Source of the DNA: a virus
Direction: 5' to 3' (one strand)
IMG/VR virus record: IMGVR_UViG_3300012931_000017
Location: 1-33,414 of that record
Length of the DNA: 33,414 bases
Shown: piece after piece, positions 1 through 9,597 of the stretch
Layout: each line of letters begins with the position of its first letter
Numbering within the stretch: the stretch's first letter is position 1
The notes under the pieces: model-generated
Seen by the model: the letters and a program-made list of their open reading frames with translations, nothing else
Told to the model about the DNA's origin: nothing
Database searches by the model: none
Program-made: the position numbers and the translations under genes

Positions 1-1964
1 ACCGATACATTACCTGATCCGTTATCATAGATTGAGCCAGAACCAATTAAAGTTGTATTAGTAAATCTTGCTGAATAATTAGTGGTTCCACTCCCACCAA
101 TAGCACTACCAGCAATATCTTTTACATAATTATAAGCAGTTTCACCTAAATGATAATAAGGACTAACACCGTATAGATTACTTAATAAACTATGATCAGA
201 TATTCCAGAAGAGTTAAATTGAGTTGTAAAAGCTGAGTCTATCTTAGTCGCGGTTGTAGCATTATACTGAACTATTATTCGTCCTACTAATATACAATGT
301 CCTGTAATAACTACAGGTAAATTACTTGGAATTGAAGCATTAAGTGCATCAGAATATTGATTATAATCAGAGGTTGATAAGACATAATAAATACGTTTAA
401 CAGCTCCAACAGTTCTATACATGAATCTAACTAAATATTTATTATTAGTTGAAGTAACTAAGTCTGTACCATCATCATATTGTGTATTATTATATTGAGT
501 ATTTTGAGTATAGGTCCAAGTTCCACTTGAATGATAGAATAAAAACATAGAATCGGTTAAACTATTAAATGATGGTAAGGAATTAGCTGTAGTACCTACA
601 TAAACTATGCCACTAGTTAAAGTTACATAACGAGTAGCAGATTCTCCAATAGCTAAACCACCATCAATAGATAAACGATACGGAGTAGTTTGTAATATAG
701 AAGCGTCTATCTTATTACTTAATGATATCCCATTAGATCCAAAAGGAGTATATCTAATTATATTACCTAATCTCCAAATTGCAGCTATACCAACAATATT
801 ACTATGATTAATTAAAGACTTATCACTAATTAATACATAAGAAGCAATTCCTAAACTATATTGAATAGTTAGATATTGTTGAGACCAATCAGAAGGAGTA
901 ATAGTTGCTTCAGCTACAGAAAAACTAGAAATTTCATTTTCCCAATTTGCATTATCTCTTAGATTACAAGTTGTAGAAGCTACAGTAAATGAACCATCAC
1001 CATTATCAGTAATAGTTGGAAAAGTTATTACATTAATTCCAGTACTTAAATCGGTATGAGTTGCATAAATATTAGTATCAATACTTGCTGAACCTGTAGT
1101 TAATTTAACAAATCCACTAATACTTGTTGATAAACTCGATAAACTATTTAAAATAGAATTATATTGTTGAGCACCAACATCACTATAAGATAATCCATGA
1201 GCTGCAAAACCAAAAGTAGTTGCACTTAAAGCTTTTAAGAAATGACCAGTAGTTAAATCAGAAACTGTATGATAACTAGAAACTAATTCATGAGGAACTG
1301 TAGAAACTCCAGTTATTATTTCGTCTAAATTTCTATAATTTACAATTCCAGAATCTTCTTGAACTAAAACTCTTGTAGGATTTGATGTTAAATGAGACAA
1401 GCCATCAATTCTTAATCCACCAGCTATTTGTAAACCTTTACTTGTAATAACTGTACTTAAAGTTTCTCTAATAGATGAATTGCCTAATTTTCCTTCTAAA
1501 CCATTTGTAAATTTAACTATATAATCATTTAAACCTAACCCATGATTATGATCAACAACATCTACAGCGGTTATTGGCGTTGCTGAAGTTTCAGTACCAC
1601 CATAGGTAGTAGATGAAATATTTTGATTAACCCAAGATCCATTAATATAAACTAAAGCTTGACCATTTGTAGGATTTTCTATTTCAACATCGGTTAAATC
1701 GTTCAAACTAAGATTATCATTTAAATGATTTATTATTTCTTTAGAGAATGATTTAACTATAGCTTCTAATCCAGTTACTTTAGTTTTCTCATAAGTCATG
1801 ATTCGGCTATCATCAACATTTAGTGATAACTGATCAACTTGAGATAATTTTTCAGGAGAGAATGGATTAATAACTACTTTATTAGAAGATGAAATAGTTT
1901 GATTCATCGTAACTTTTTCTAACTCTAATAAAATATCAGATTCTAATAATGAGCTATTTAACAT
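1..1964 (-). CDS. Tail fiber-like structural protein, 5'-partial in window (C-terminus lies beyond position 1)
   Basis: Open minus-strand frame from ATG at 1962-1964 (MLNSSLLESDILLELEKV...) to the window edge, with AGGAAA ~10 nt upstream of the ATG. It is >650 aa and S/T/G/N-rich (...TITPSDWSQQYLTIQYSLGIASYVLISDK...GSGTTNYSARFTNTTLIGSGS...). It sits directly downstream of the gp5-like spike gene. It is absent from the ORF track only because it runs off the edge. Confidence 0.6.
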   Translation of the reverse strand, partial: MLNSSLLESDILLELEKVTMNQTISSSNKVVINPFSPEKLSQVDQLSLNVDDSRIMTYEKTKVTGLEAIVKSFSKEIINHLNDNLSLNDLTDVEIENPTNGQALVYINGSWVNQNISSTTYGGTETSATPITAVDVVDHNHGLGLNDYIVKFTNGLEGKLGNSSIRETLSTVITSKGLQIAGGLRIDGLSHLTSNPTRVLVQEDSGIVNYRNLDEIITGVSTVPHELVSSYHTVSDLTTGHFLKALSATTFGFAAHGLSYSDVGAQQYNSILNSLSSLSTSISGFVKLTTGSASIDTNIYATHTDLSTGINVITFPTITDNGDGSFTVASTTCNLRDNANWENEISSFSVAEATITPSDWSQQYLTIQYSLGIASYVLISDKSLINHSNIVGIAAIWRLGNIIRYTPFGSNGISLSNKIDASILQTTPYRLSIDGGLAIGESATRYVTLTSGIVYVGTTANSLPSFNSLTDSMFLFYHSSGTWTYTQNTQYNNTQYDDGTDLVTSTNNKYLVRFMYRTVGAVKRIYYVLSTSDYNQYSDALNASIPSNLPVVITGHCILVGRIIVQYNATTATKIDSAFTTQFNSSGISDHSLLSNLYGVSPYYHLGETAYNYVKDIAGSAIGGSGTTNYSARFTNTTLIGSGSIYDNGSGNVS

Positions 1965-1980
1965 TTATAAAATTTCCTAT

Positions 1981-2748
1981 TTAAACACAAATATTACCAG
2001 CATGAGGGAGACCAGTTAATGGATCAACAGGAATAGAATTCATTGGTCCAACATTAGAAGGAACTACAAGAGTTCCCGTTAATTCTAATGTAACAGAATG
2101 ATCTATTTTTACATAACCACCACTAATAGTAATATTTCCATCTTTTTCAATCTTTATTAAACCTATATTATTATTTTTTATTGTATGGTCGCCTATAACT
2201 GTATGAACTTCATCTTTTTTAACTAAAGTATTTTCATTACCATTAATTAATATATTAGTATCACCATCTTTATTTATCTCAAGATTATTTCCAGAATTAT
2301 GATGAAATATAAACTTTTTAGTTTTTCTATTCATTGTTAGATAATCACCTTCATCAGTTTGGAAGATAACCATAGTATCTGGATAATTTTCTAATCTCAA
2401 ACTAGATAATTTATTTTTATCATTAACTTTGGTTGAATAATGAGGAAAGTATATATCATCATTATCAAAGTAAACTTTTACTATTGTATTAATTGGAGGA
2501 ACTACAAATGAACCAATAGTAGAACCTATAAAATTAAAATCTGGTTGAGCCCACGGAAGATCATTATTTGGTATCTTATCAAATATACCAAAAACCTTAA
2601 TTTGACATCTTCCTTCTTTTAATGGATCAATATTATTAATAACTTTTCCTACATAACTTTTATTATAAATATCACCATCAAAACGATCAATAACCGCTTC
2701 AAGTAATGAGCTTATATCTTGAGAAAGGAAATCTCTCATGTTTTCCAT
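1981..2748 (-). CDS. Baseplate central spike protein (T4 gp5-like N-terminal OB-fold plus C-terminal beta-helix; no lysozyme domain)
   Basis: Track ORF is 1981..2832. The motif YVGKVINNIDPLKEGRCQIKVFGIFDKIPNNDLPWAQP matches the gp5/VgrG OB-fold signature (T4 gp5 FVGVVEDVMDPQKSGRVRVRV...LPWA). The C-terminal repetitive segment IGDHTIKNNNIGLIKIEKDGNITISGGYVKIDHSVTLELTG looks like a beta-helix. My preferred start is the ATG at ~2746-2748 (MENMRDF...). The extension to 2832 overlaps the upstream gene by 74 nt. Confidence 0.65.
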   Translation of the reverse strand: MENMRDFLSQDISSLLEAVIDRFDGDIYNKSYVGKVINNIDPLKEGRCQIKVFGIFDKIPNNDLPWAQPDFNFIGSTIGSFVVPPINTIVKVYFDNDDIYFPHYSTKVNDKNKLSSLRLENYPDTMVIFQTDEGDYLTMNRKTKKFIFHHNSGNNLEINKDGDTNILINGNENTLVKKDEVHTVIGDHTIKNNNIGLIKIEKDGNITISGGYVKIDHSVTLELTGTLVVPSNVGPMNSIPVDPLTGLPHAGNICV

Positions 2749-2758
2749 TATGCACCAT

Positions 2759-3910
2759 TTAAACTGATTGTGAACGGTTATATCCATTTCTATGAATGGA
2801 TATATGTTTTTTATAAAGAGATGAATTACCAAAGCTATGAGTTATACCAGAAACTATATATTCACCAGACTGAACTTCATCTAATTCAACTCTTTGTAAT
2901 GAATTAACCATTAATATTATAGTATCAAACAATTTAACTGAACTAAGTGAATTTATATTTAAAACTGTTGAAATATTAAAAATATTTTTAAAATATACAT
3001 TTTGTAGTTTAGCTTTAAAATAATCAGCAAATACATTATTTGTAAAAATAGGAAATGTTTTTACATTTACAGTTTTATCATAAGATTTGTTACTAATTTC
3101 TGTTAATGGATGATAATCTTTATTTACGTTAATTTCATTCAATTTTGAAGAATCATAATAATTACCAGTTAAACCATAACCATAATTCATATTAAAATGT
3201 TTAGTATAATTAGCTGTATTAAAAGAATTATACCAAATAGTTTTCTTATCTTCTTTATTAGTAAACTCATATTTATTAAAATTCTCAAGACTATAAATAG
3301 CTTTGGTTGAATAAGATTTATTAATTTCTGATTTTAATGATGTATAATTTAAGTTTCCGAAAATATCAGCATAGCAAAATATAACATCATCACTACAATA
3401 AGCTCGTTCAACTATATGTTTAATAAACTGAAAATTTGACTGATTAATTTGTAACCAAGTCATCATATCAGAAGTATTAAGATTAAGATTTTTATTAAAT
3501 TTTAATTTTAATTCATTACTTATCTGACTAATAACTTGAGAAGAATTCATATTTTTAAAACTTCTAGTTTTAGTAAAATATAAATCATTAGTTTGTAAAA
3601 TTCCGGATAATGTTATTAAAGAAGCTTTATTTCCTTCTATATTATCAATAACTTTATTAATTATTTCAAACTGTGCATGAAATATATGTTCATCTTCAGG
3701 ATTTACACCCACTTCAATATCTAAAATCGAGTTATCAAGAATAGGAAAGTTTTCAGTTAAATAACCATCATCTAATATAGAAATTTCAATTCTTGGTAAT
3801 ATATCAAAAATCCATTCTCTTATTACACAATTAGAAATATTCTTTGGAATTAGTGGGTGATCATCAATAGAAAGTTTACAATAATAGTTCTGAAAAAATG
3901 AATAATCCAC
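2759..3910 (-). CDS. Baseplate hub protein (gp27-like by size and position); GTG start
   Basis: 383-aa ORF immediately upstream of the gp5-like gene. Its size matches T4 gp27 (391 aa). The start codon is GTG (plus-strand 'cac' at 3908-3910), overlapping the upstream TAG as TAGTG. No diagnostic motif was recognised. The call rests on synteny and length. Confidence 0.4.
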   Translation of the reverse strand: MDYSFFQNYYCKLSIDDHPLIPKNISNCVIREWIFDILPRIEISILDDGYLTENFPILDNSILDIEVGVNPEDEHIFHAQFEIINKVIDNIEGNKASLITLSGILQTNDLYFTKTRSFKNMNSSQVISQISNELKLKFNKNLNLNTSDMMTWLQINQSNFQFIKHIVERAYCSDDVIFCYADIFGNLNYTSLKSEINKSYSTKAIYSLENFNKYEFTNKEDKKTIWYNSFNTANYTKHFNMNYGYGLTGNYYDSSKLNEINVNKDYHPLTEISNKSYDKTVNVKTFPIFTNNVFADYFKAKLQNVYFKNIFNISTVLNINSLSSVKLFDTIILMVNSLQRVELDEVQSGEYIVSGITHSFGNSSLYKKHISIHRNGYNRSQSV

Positions 3911-4245
3911 TAGTTATTTTCATCCTTTTGTTTCTTCCTTACATTAGTATAAAAATTCTCTATATCTGCTAATGCAGGAACTACTATTACTTCACCCGGA
4001 ATTATATCATTCCAAACATCAATGATATTATTAATTTTACAAACTATCCACCAATAATCAGGTTTTCCATATAATTTAAAACTTAATAAATCAGGATTTT
4101 GTATATCATCATCTTCTAATTGATAATATTGAACTTCATTATTATATACAAAACACGTGTCAAAATAATCATTAATAAAGTGATAATATAGTTTATCATC
4201 AATTACTTCGGTTTTTACAAAATTAGTTCTATTCCATCTTGACAT
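3910..4245 (-). CDS. Small baseplate protein with a LysM-like segment (gp53/P2 gpX-like?)
   Basis: 111 aa. The segment DLLSFKLYGKPDYWWIVCKINNIIDVWNDIIPGEVIVVP fits the LysM-like pattern (hydrophobic-YG...W.I...N.I.d...I.pGq.l.iP). AGGAAC sits 8 nt upstream of the ATG. Confidence 0.35.
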   Translation of the reverse strand: MSRWNRTNFVKTEVIDDKLYYHFINDYFDTCFVYNNEVQYYQLEDDDIQNPDLLSFKLYGKPDYWWIVCKINNIIDVWNDIIPGEVIVVPALADIENFYTNVRKKQKDENN

Positions 4246-4258
4246 TTGTTAGTTCCTG

Positions 4259-5191
4259 TTAAGCAAAAACACCAGAAGATTGAGAAATATTAACTCTTTT
4301 ACCGTTACTTATTATATCAACCCGTTTTATTCCATCATATTCATCTAATAGCATTTTATATCTTGAACCAATACTTAATTCTAAATCAACATGAATTGGA
4401 CCAGATTCACTACAATGTTCTGAAAAATTTGCAGTTACAGACTCTAAAATCATATTTCTTAGTGTTAACCAATTACCTAATATTACTGATATAGTTGGTG
4501 GAGATTCAGTTAATCTTATCTCTTCATTAGATATTTCATTATAAACATTAGTGGCAAAATTTTTAAGAGTTTTTGGTAATTGATCTCTTATACCTTGAGC
4601 TACCATTTGCAATCCATTTTCTATACCTAGTTCAGCTTTACCTATTAAATTTCTTGCTGTTTCATTAGGAATTTTAGCAATAACGGCTTTAATAGCATTA
4701 TCTAATTGAACACTCATTTTTGATCTTGGTAATGTTAAAGCCATTAATGTTATTGCCGCTTTAATAGCTTTACCTGAGTTATCATCATCTAAAACTCTAA
4801 TACTTATAGGTAAACTCAAATGACTTCCACCAGTATAAAATTTCTTCGATTGTAAATCAGTTTCTGCTGTTGCTCCACCAACCGTAACAAGAGCTTTAGC
4901 TGCTTGCATTATCTGAGTTTTTAAAGGTGTATTACTTACCAAACAACCTAAAGCTGTATCAGCTTCCAATTCTCTCCAAACTGCATTAGTATTAAGAGAA
5001 ACTCCACCTTTCATAACTCCAACTACTCTTAATGGAACTTCAGCTTCATTATCAGTTAAAGCACGTCTTTCTTCCGACTCAATAACTACCTTATATGCAC
5101 CAGTACTTGCGTATAAGGTTTTATTAAATGAATCAGTATTAAATACACTTAAATTATCTAAGTCTTTAATATATGAGGAAATGGAAACCAT
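4259..5191 (-). CDS. Baseplate or tail-tube associated structural protein (gp48-position)
   Basis: 310-aa ORF directly downstream of the tape-measure gene, as gp48 is in T4. No motif was recognised. Confidence 0.3.
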   Translation of the reverse strand: MVSISSYIKDLDNLSVFNTDSFNKTLYASTGAYKVVIESEERRALTDNEAEVPLRVVGVMKGGVSLNTNAVWRELEADTALGCLVSNTPLKTQIMQAAKALVTVGGATAETDLQSKKFYTGGSHLSLPISIRVLDDDNSGKAIKAAITLMALTLPRSKMSVQLDNAIKAVIAKIPNETARNLIGKAELGIENGLQMVAQGIRDQLPKTLKNFATNVYNEISNEEIRLTESPPTISVILGNWLTLRNMILESVTANFSEHCSESGPIHVDLELSIGSRYKMLLDEYDGIKRVDIISNGKRVNISQSSGVFA

Positions 5192-5197
5192 TTATTG

Positions 5198-6934
5198 TTA
5201 TTTCCTTGCATTAACTGCTATAACTTGTTTTTGAGTAATTTTTGTAGCATTAATCTTATTTTCTTCTGCTATTTTGACTGCTAATTTATTTATAGATTCA
5301 TCAGCTAGTTTTAATACATAATTAGTTTCTTTACCAAATAACTCATTATCTATTCTCCTAACATTATTATTATTAGCTGAGTCTTGTCTAACTCTAGCCA
5401 TTTCTATATGCTGAGGATCTTTTGAAGAGTATGGTTGAACAAAACCATATTTATCTAATAAACCTAATTCTTTTAGTTTTTGAACTTGTGCTGACTGAAT
5501 ATCTATAGCATTTCCATAATTATGTTTAGAATATCCTGGTCTTGCTACAGGTGTACTTCCCATTAATCCTGCTTGTTTATCAGACCATAACTTCATTTGA
5601 TCTGAAAAGCTTCTATAACCAGAATTAACTTGCAAAACATCTTTAGTTAATAAATTATATTCTTTAGCCATTTTTTCAAATTTTCCGAACATTTCTTTAT
5701 TTAAATTAGCTGTATCAACACCATAATCAGCTCTTTTATAATAATTCTCATTTTTTGCTGGTGTATTAACTTCAGCATTATTATTAACTAATAAATCTTT
5801 AGGTTTTAATTTACCTACTAAATTTTTAACCGATTTACCAATTTTTGAATCTTTTAACGATTCTATCCAATCTACACTTGAGTATAAAGCATCACCTAAA
5901 CCAGGAACAAACATATTAGCCATTTTTGCTAATTCTTTTGTTGATTCAAATGGATCTTTAACAAAATTATTAATAGCGTCGAATGATTTAACTATTTGTC
6001 CAATAACTGGAATATCTCTAATATCAGTATGTTTTTTCTTTGGATCTGCTTCCTCTGCTTTCCCAAAGACTCCAAAATCTTTCATTAGCAATAAACCATC
6101 AATAACTAAAGATATTGCAGTTCCAACACCTGGAAACATTGATGCAACACCGGAAGCTATTTCTCCTATACCACCAATTATATCACCGTTTTTAAATCTT
6201 TCAATTCCAAAGAAAATACCCAAAATAGTTCCAACACCCGGAATCTTTTTTAATAAAGTTTTAGCAGTATTTCCTAACATTTTTCCGCCAGCTTTTTCAG
6301 CTACTTTACCAAAAATATTAGTTATAGGTTTTAAAAATTCTCCAATATTTTTAGCGAATTTAAAAACCGAATTTAATGGCTTTGTTATAGAATTTAAGAT
6401 TGGTTCTATAAAACTTTTAGCACTTTTGAGTAATGGTTCAGTAATCTTTGAAAATAATTTAGAAAAAGGTTCTGTTATTTTAGGTAATAGTTTAGCCATA
6501 CCTTTAATAGCAGAGGGAATTCCTTTTTGAATTAACCAATCAAAAGGTTTTAGGAGAATTTTAGTTGGAAGATATTTGGTTAATGCTTTAATAATATCAA
6601 ATAAAAATTCTTTCTTTCCTGTTAAAAGATAACCAGCTAATCCACCTAATCCTAATAAAGCTCCTAAACCTGTTAATAATCCGGATTTTTTCTTTTTAGT
6701 TTCATTAAGAGTTTCGATATCAACTTTTAAAATTTTATCAAGAATTAAATTTTCTTTCTTCATTAACTCTTCAGTTAAATCTTTCTTAACTAAAAATCTA
6801 TCTTTCTTTTGAGTATTATCTTCAGTATTTTTACTCGATTTTATAAAACTAGATATATTAGTTATAAATTTATTCTGAGTTTCTATTAACTTATCTATTT
6901 GTTGATCTCTTTTCTTATCTTCTGCTGAAGTCAT
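5198..6934 (-). CDS. Tail tape-measure / hub protein (gp29-like) with C-terminal peptidase M15 (VanY/LAS-type) peptidoglycan hydrolase domain
   Basis: 578 aa. It has Gly-rich hydrophobic segments (LLTGLGALLGLGGLAGYLLTG; IPGVGTILGIFFGIERF...GGIGEIASGVASMFPGVGTAISLVIDGLLLM) typical of tape-measure proteins. The C-terminus carries the M15 zinc-peptidase motifs NSGYRSFSDQ, YSKHNYGNAIDI (SxHxxGxAxD) and DPQHIEMA. AAGAGG precedes the ATG. Confidence 0.7.
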   Translation of the reverse strand: MTSAEDKKRDQQIDKLIETQNKFITNISSFIKSSKNTEDNTQKKDRFLVKKDLTEELMKKENLILDKILKVDIETLNETKKKKSGLLTGLGALLGLGGLAGYLLTGKKEFLFDIIKALTKYLPTKILLKPFDWLIQKGIPSAIKGMAKLLPKITEPFSKLFSKITEPLLKSAKSFIEPILNSITKPLNSVFKFAKNIGEFLKPITNIFGKVAEKAGGKMLGNTAKTLLKKIPGVGTILGIFFGIERFKNGDIIGGIGEIASGVASMFPGVGTAISLVIDGLLLMKDFGVFGKAEEADPKKKHTDIRDIPVIGQIVKSFDAINNFVKDPFESTKELAKMANMFVPGLGDALYSSVDWIESLKDSKIGKSVKNLVGKLKPKDLLVNNNAEVNTPAKNENYYKRADYGVDTANLNKEMFGKFEKMAKEYNLLTKDVLQVNSGYRSFSDQMKLWSDKQAGLMGSTPVARPGYSKHNYGNAIDIQSAQVQKLKELGLLDKYGFVQPYSSKDPQHIEMARVRQDSANNNNVRRIDNELFGKETNYVLKLADESINKLAVKIAEENKINATKITQKQVIAVNARK

Positions 6935-7089
6935 TACGAACCTCTTAATAAATTTTCTAATGAATTTTTTGGTTTTTGATTTTGTAGTTCTTCTATCATT
7001 TTTTCTACTTGATATAAAAACTCAAAATATTCTACATCATCAAAAGAAAATGGACTAATTGAAAAAAATCTAGCTAACTTAAAAGACAT
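6934..7089 (-). CDS. Small hypothetical protein (51 aa), translationally coupled to the tape-measure gene
   Basis: It is not in the ORF track (below its length threshold). Hand translation of the minus strand between the 7100 gene and the tape-measure gene gives MSFKLARFFSISPFSFDDVEYFEFLYQVEKMIEELQNQKPKNSLENLLRGS*. Its TAA overlaps the tape-measure ATG as TAATG. Coordinates are ±2 nt. Confidence 0.35.
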   Translation of the reverse strand: MSFKLARFFSISPFSFDDVEYFEFLYQVEKMIEELQNQKPKNSLENLLRGS

Positions 7090-7099
7090 ATCTAAAATA

Positions 7100-7858
7100 T
7101 CAGTTAGACTTATATTTGGGAAGAAAGAATTCTTCTCGAAACGTAACCCCTTTTAAGGTAGTTCCTCCACATTTAGGACATTCAACTAATAATTCAGACT
7201 TAATTCCAAAATTCCATTCTTCCATTTTACTCAATATATAACAATAGTTTTCCGGATTCTGATTAATTAAATATTCATATTTTTCAATTAGTTCAAGTTC
7301 CTTTCCATTTATCTTATCTATTGATACAGCCATTCCTGCAATTTCATCATCCAAATCTTTGTAAATAGGCAAGTAAGCTGTTTTAAAAGATTTCAATCTC
7401 TTCTCATCTATAATTTTTGGAAAATGAAAAACTATTTCATCTTCATTTTTAGTCTTAAATGTAAGGTTGGCTAACGAAAAACTATCCTTCAAATATTGAA
7501 CTTGTAAATTTGATAATTTAAAATCAAATGAAACTTCTTCTTTGCAATTTGAACAAACAAAATCTTGAGAATATCCTGATTCTCTATAAGTATTAGCTCT
7601 TAACCAAAAGATTAAAAATAGTTTGTCAGATGATAAAATATCTTCAATCTTGATTCCACGTATACATTTCTTTAAAATATCTAAAATTATAGAGTCTGCA
7701 TTTTCTTCAGTCATTGAAGATAGTCTTTTAACTTCTAATAATTTTAATGGTCTTCCTTCAATTTTAACATTACCATATAGTTTACATTTACTTGGAAAAT
7801 CAGTTATCTCATAATAAATTGGTTCAGTATCACTCATTTTTCTTAAACTCCATTTCAA
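7100..7858 (-). CDS. Hypothetical protein with CxxC...CxxC zinc-ribbon (possible baseplate hub/assembly factor)
   Basis: 252 aa. It has CSNC...CPKCGG cysteine pairs. It sits between the tube-like genes and the tape-measure gene. No family was recognised. Confidence 0.3.
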   Translation of the reverse strand: MKWSLRKMSDTEPIYYEITDFPSKCKLYGNVKIEGRPLKLLEVKRLSSMTEENADSIILDILKKCIRGIKIEDILSSDKLFLIFWLRANTYRESGYSQDFVCSNCKEEVSFDFKLSNLQVQYLKDSFSLANLTFKTKNEDEIVFHFPKIIDEKRLKSFKTAYLPIYKDLDDEIAGMAVSIDKINGKELELIEKYEYLINQNPENYCYILSKMEEWNFGIKSELLVECPKCGGTTLKGVTFREEFFLPKYKSN

Positions 7859-8922
7859 ACAGGTTTATTCAATACATTCTTCCTAAATTGTTTTTTATCT
7901 ACAGGTTTCTTTTCCACTGGTTTAGCCTGTTTAACTTTATTCAAATTAGTTTTATTAGGATTCTTCATTACTGGCTTCTTAACTACAGGCTTATTTTCTA
8001 TTGGTTTAGCAACGGGTTTCTTAATTTCTGGTTTAACTATTTTCTTTTTTTCCTCTTCCTGTTGCTTCTTTATTATAGGTCTTCTATCAATAGTTTGATA
8101 TTTAGGAAGTTTATGAACTACAGGTTCTGCTTTTTTAGTTGGTGTATTATGCTTTAAAGCATTCTTTTTTGCTTGTTCAGCTCTATCTTGATATAATTTA
8201 GTCTTCGCTGTTGGTTGATATTTTCTTTCAAATTCAGCCGCTCCAGCTTTAGTTCTTTGTTCTAAATCATTATGGGTTTTACCTTTCTTCATTTTCTCTT
8301 CTCTAGCTTTCCTTAATTTTTCCATAGAAGCATGACGTTCTTTAGCCATCTCATGACGCTCTTGAGCTCTTTGTTCTACACTAGCAGCTTTTTTAGCTCT
8401 TTCTGCAGCTTTCTCTTCTCTAGCTTTCCTTAATTTTTCCATAGAAGCATGACGTTCTTTAGCCATCTCATGACGCTCTTGAGCTCTTTGTTCTACACTA
8501 GCAGCTTTTTTAGCTCTTTCTGCAGCTTTCTGTGAATCTGATTTTTCTTTTTCATCACCACGCCAAGTTTTTATGGCTGTTTTTTGTTTTCTTTCTCTTT
8601 CTTTGGATAATTTAGACTTAAAACGTTCATCTTCTGAAGAACTTCTTTTTTGTTTTAATTCTGCTTGTTTAGCTTCACGAGCCTTTTCTGAAGCAGTTCT
8701 TCTTTGATCTCGCTCTAATTTAGCTTGATCTCTTTTTTTATCCATTTCTGTTTGACGAGCTTTTCTATCACTTTCTTTTGAAGCTCTAAGTTTATCCATC
8801 TGCTTTTGACGTTTAAGTCTATCTTTTCTATTTGAACTATACCATTTTCTATTTTGGTCTCTTTTTGTAGCTCTCATAAAATTAGATAGAATTCCAGCCT
8901 TTTCGATTATTATATCACCCAT
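7855..8922 (-). CDS. Highly charged K/E/R-rich repeat protein carrying an internal 39-aa tandem duplication and a C-terminal KPV-type low-complexity tail
   Basis: 355 aa. SMEKLRKAREEKAAERAKKAASVEQRAQERHEMAKERHA occurs twice in a row. The C-terminus is ...KPVAKPIENKPVVKKPVMKNPNK.... Function is unknown. It could be a tail-assembly chaperone or tape-measure-associated protein. Confidence 0.5.
   Translation of the reverse strand: MGDIIIEKAGILSNFMRATKRDQNRKWYSSNRKDRLKRQKQMDKLRASKESDRKARQTEMDKKRDQAKLERDQRRTASEKAREAKQAELKQKRSSSEDERFKSKLSKERERKQKTAIKTWRGDEKEKSDSQKAAERAKKAASVEQRAQERHEMAKERHASMEKLRKAREEKAAERAKKAASVEQRAQERHEMAKERHASMEKLRKAREEKMKKGKTHNDLEQRTKAGAAEFERKYQPTAKTKLYQDRAEQAKKNALKHNTPTKKAEPVVHKLPKYQTIDRRPIIKKQQEEEKKKIVKPEIKKPVAKPIENKPVVKKPVMKNPNKTNLNKVKQAKPVEKKPVDKKQFRKNVLNKPV
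8293..8526. repeat. Perfect 2 x 117-bp direct tandem duplication inside CDS 7855..8922 (in frame, 39 codons per unit)
   Basis: The block ...ttctcttctctagctttccttaatttttccatagaagcatgacgttctttagccatctcatgacgctcttgagctctttgttctacactagcagcttttttagctctttctgcagcttt occurs twice back to back (~8293-8409 and ~8410-8526). No mismatch was visible. Confidence 0.85.
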
Positions 8923-8925
8923 GAG

Positions 8926-9573
8926 TCAAACCCCTAAAATATTTGTTACAATTTCAGTTTTTAATTTTTCTTTTGCTAATGCTTTTATTGGTAAAAATTT
9001 AACTATATCAGCACAAAAAGTAATCGTATATTTTATAGAATCATTAGCAGAATAATCAAATTGTGCTGGAGTTGCATTCTGAAAAAATAAATTCTTATAC
9101 CAAAACATATTTATAGGTATTCCTTGATCATCTTCAGTTAATACAACCATATTATCTATTCTATTATCTAATTGACTTCTATAAGTTCCATCATCTCTAA
9201 CTATCTTCTTCTGCAAATAATTTATAAAATATGCTATAGTTCCAAATTCATCTTCTTCAAACTCTACATCAATATCTAAACCATTAAAATCACTCATTAC
9301 TGGATAAGCTTTAGCTAAAGGGCCATATTTAACTACTTCTTTTGAAAAAGAATATTGTGGTAGTGTTATACTCTTTATATGCCAATGTGATATAATTGGC
9401 ATCGAACCAAGACCTTTAGCTTGTTCGGCTAATCCTTTTACAGTATTTGTATTTAAAAACTGATTATCATCCCAAAATGTTACAAAGAATTTGTAATTTT
9501 TTTGTATAGTTTTAAATATTTCAAGATTTGAATAAAAACCTTGTAGTTCAAGGTTGTTAATTCCAACAGGCAT
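8926..9573 (-). CDS. Tail-tube-fold protein (possible gp54-like baseplate/tube initiator)
   Basis: 215 aa. The C-terminal ...AQFDYSANDSIKYTITF resembles the FDYW C-terminal signature of the two tube paralogs. AGGAGG sits 6 nt upstream of the ATG. A TATAAATA late-promoter motif (minus strand, ~9587-9594) lies 14 nt upstream. Confidence 0.4.
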   Translation of the reverse strand: MPVGINNLELQGFYSNLEIFKTIQKNYKFFVTFWDDNQFLNTNTVKGLAEQAKGLGSMPIISHWHIKSITLPQYSFSKEVVKYGPLAKAYPVMSDFNGLDIDVEFEEDEFGTIAYFINYLQKKIVRDDGTYRSQLDNRIDNMVVLTEDDQGIPINMFWYKNLFFQNATPAQFDYSANDSIKYTITFCADIVKFLPIKALAKEKLKTEIVTNILGV

Positions 9574-9597
9574 GTAAACCTCCTACGTTATTTCTAT

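Noticed and set aside
2749-2832. N-terminal extension of the gp5-like ORF (track start at 2832)
   Set aside because: It overlaps the upstream gene by 74 nt. The gp5-like homology begins after the ATG at ~2746-2748.
8293-8526. Tandem repeat considered as a possible CRISPR or other non-coding array
   Set aside because: There are only two units, with no spacers. The repeat is in frame and inside a CDS. It is a coding duplication.
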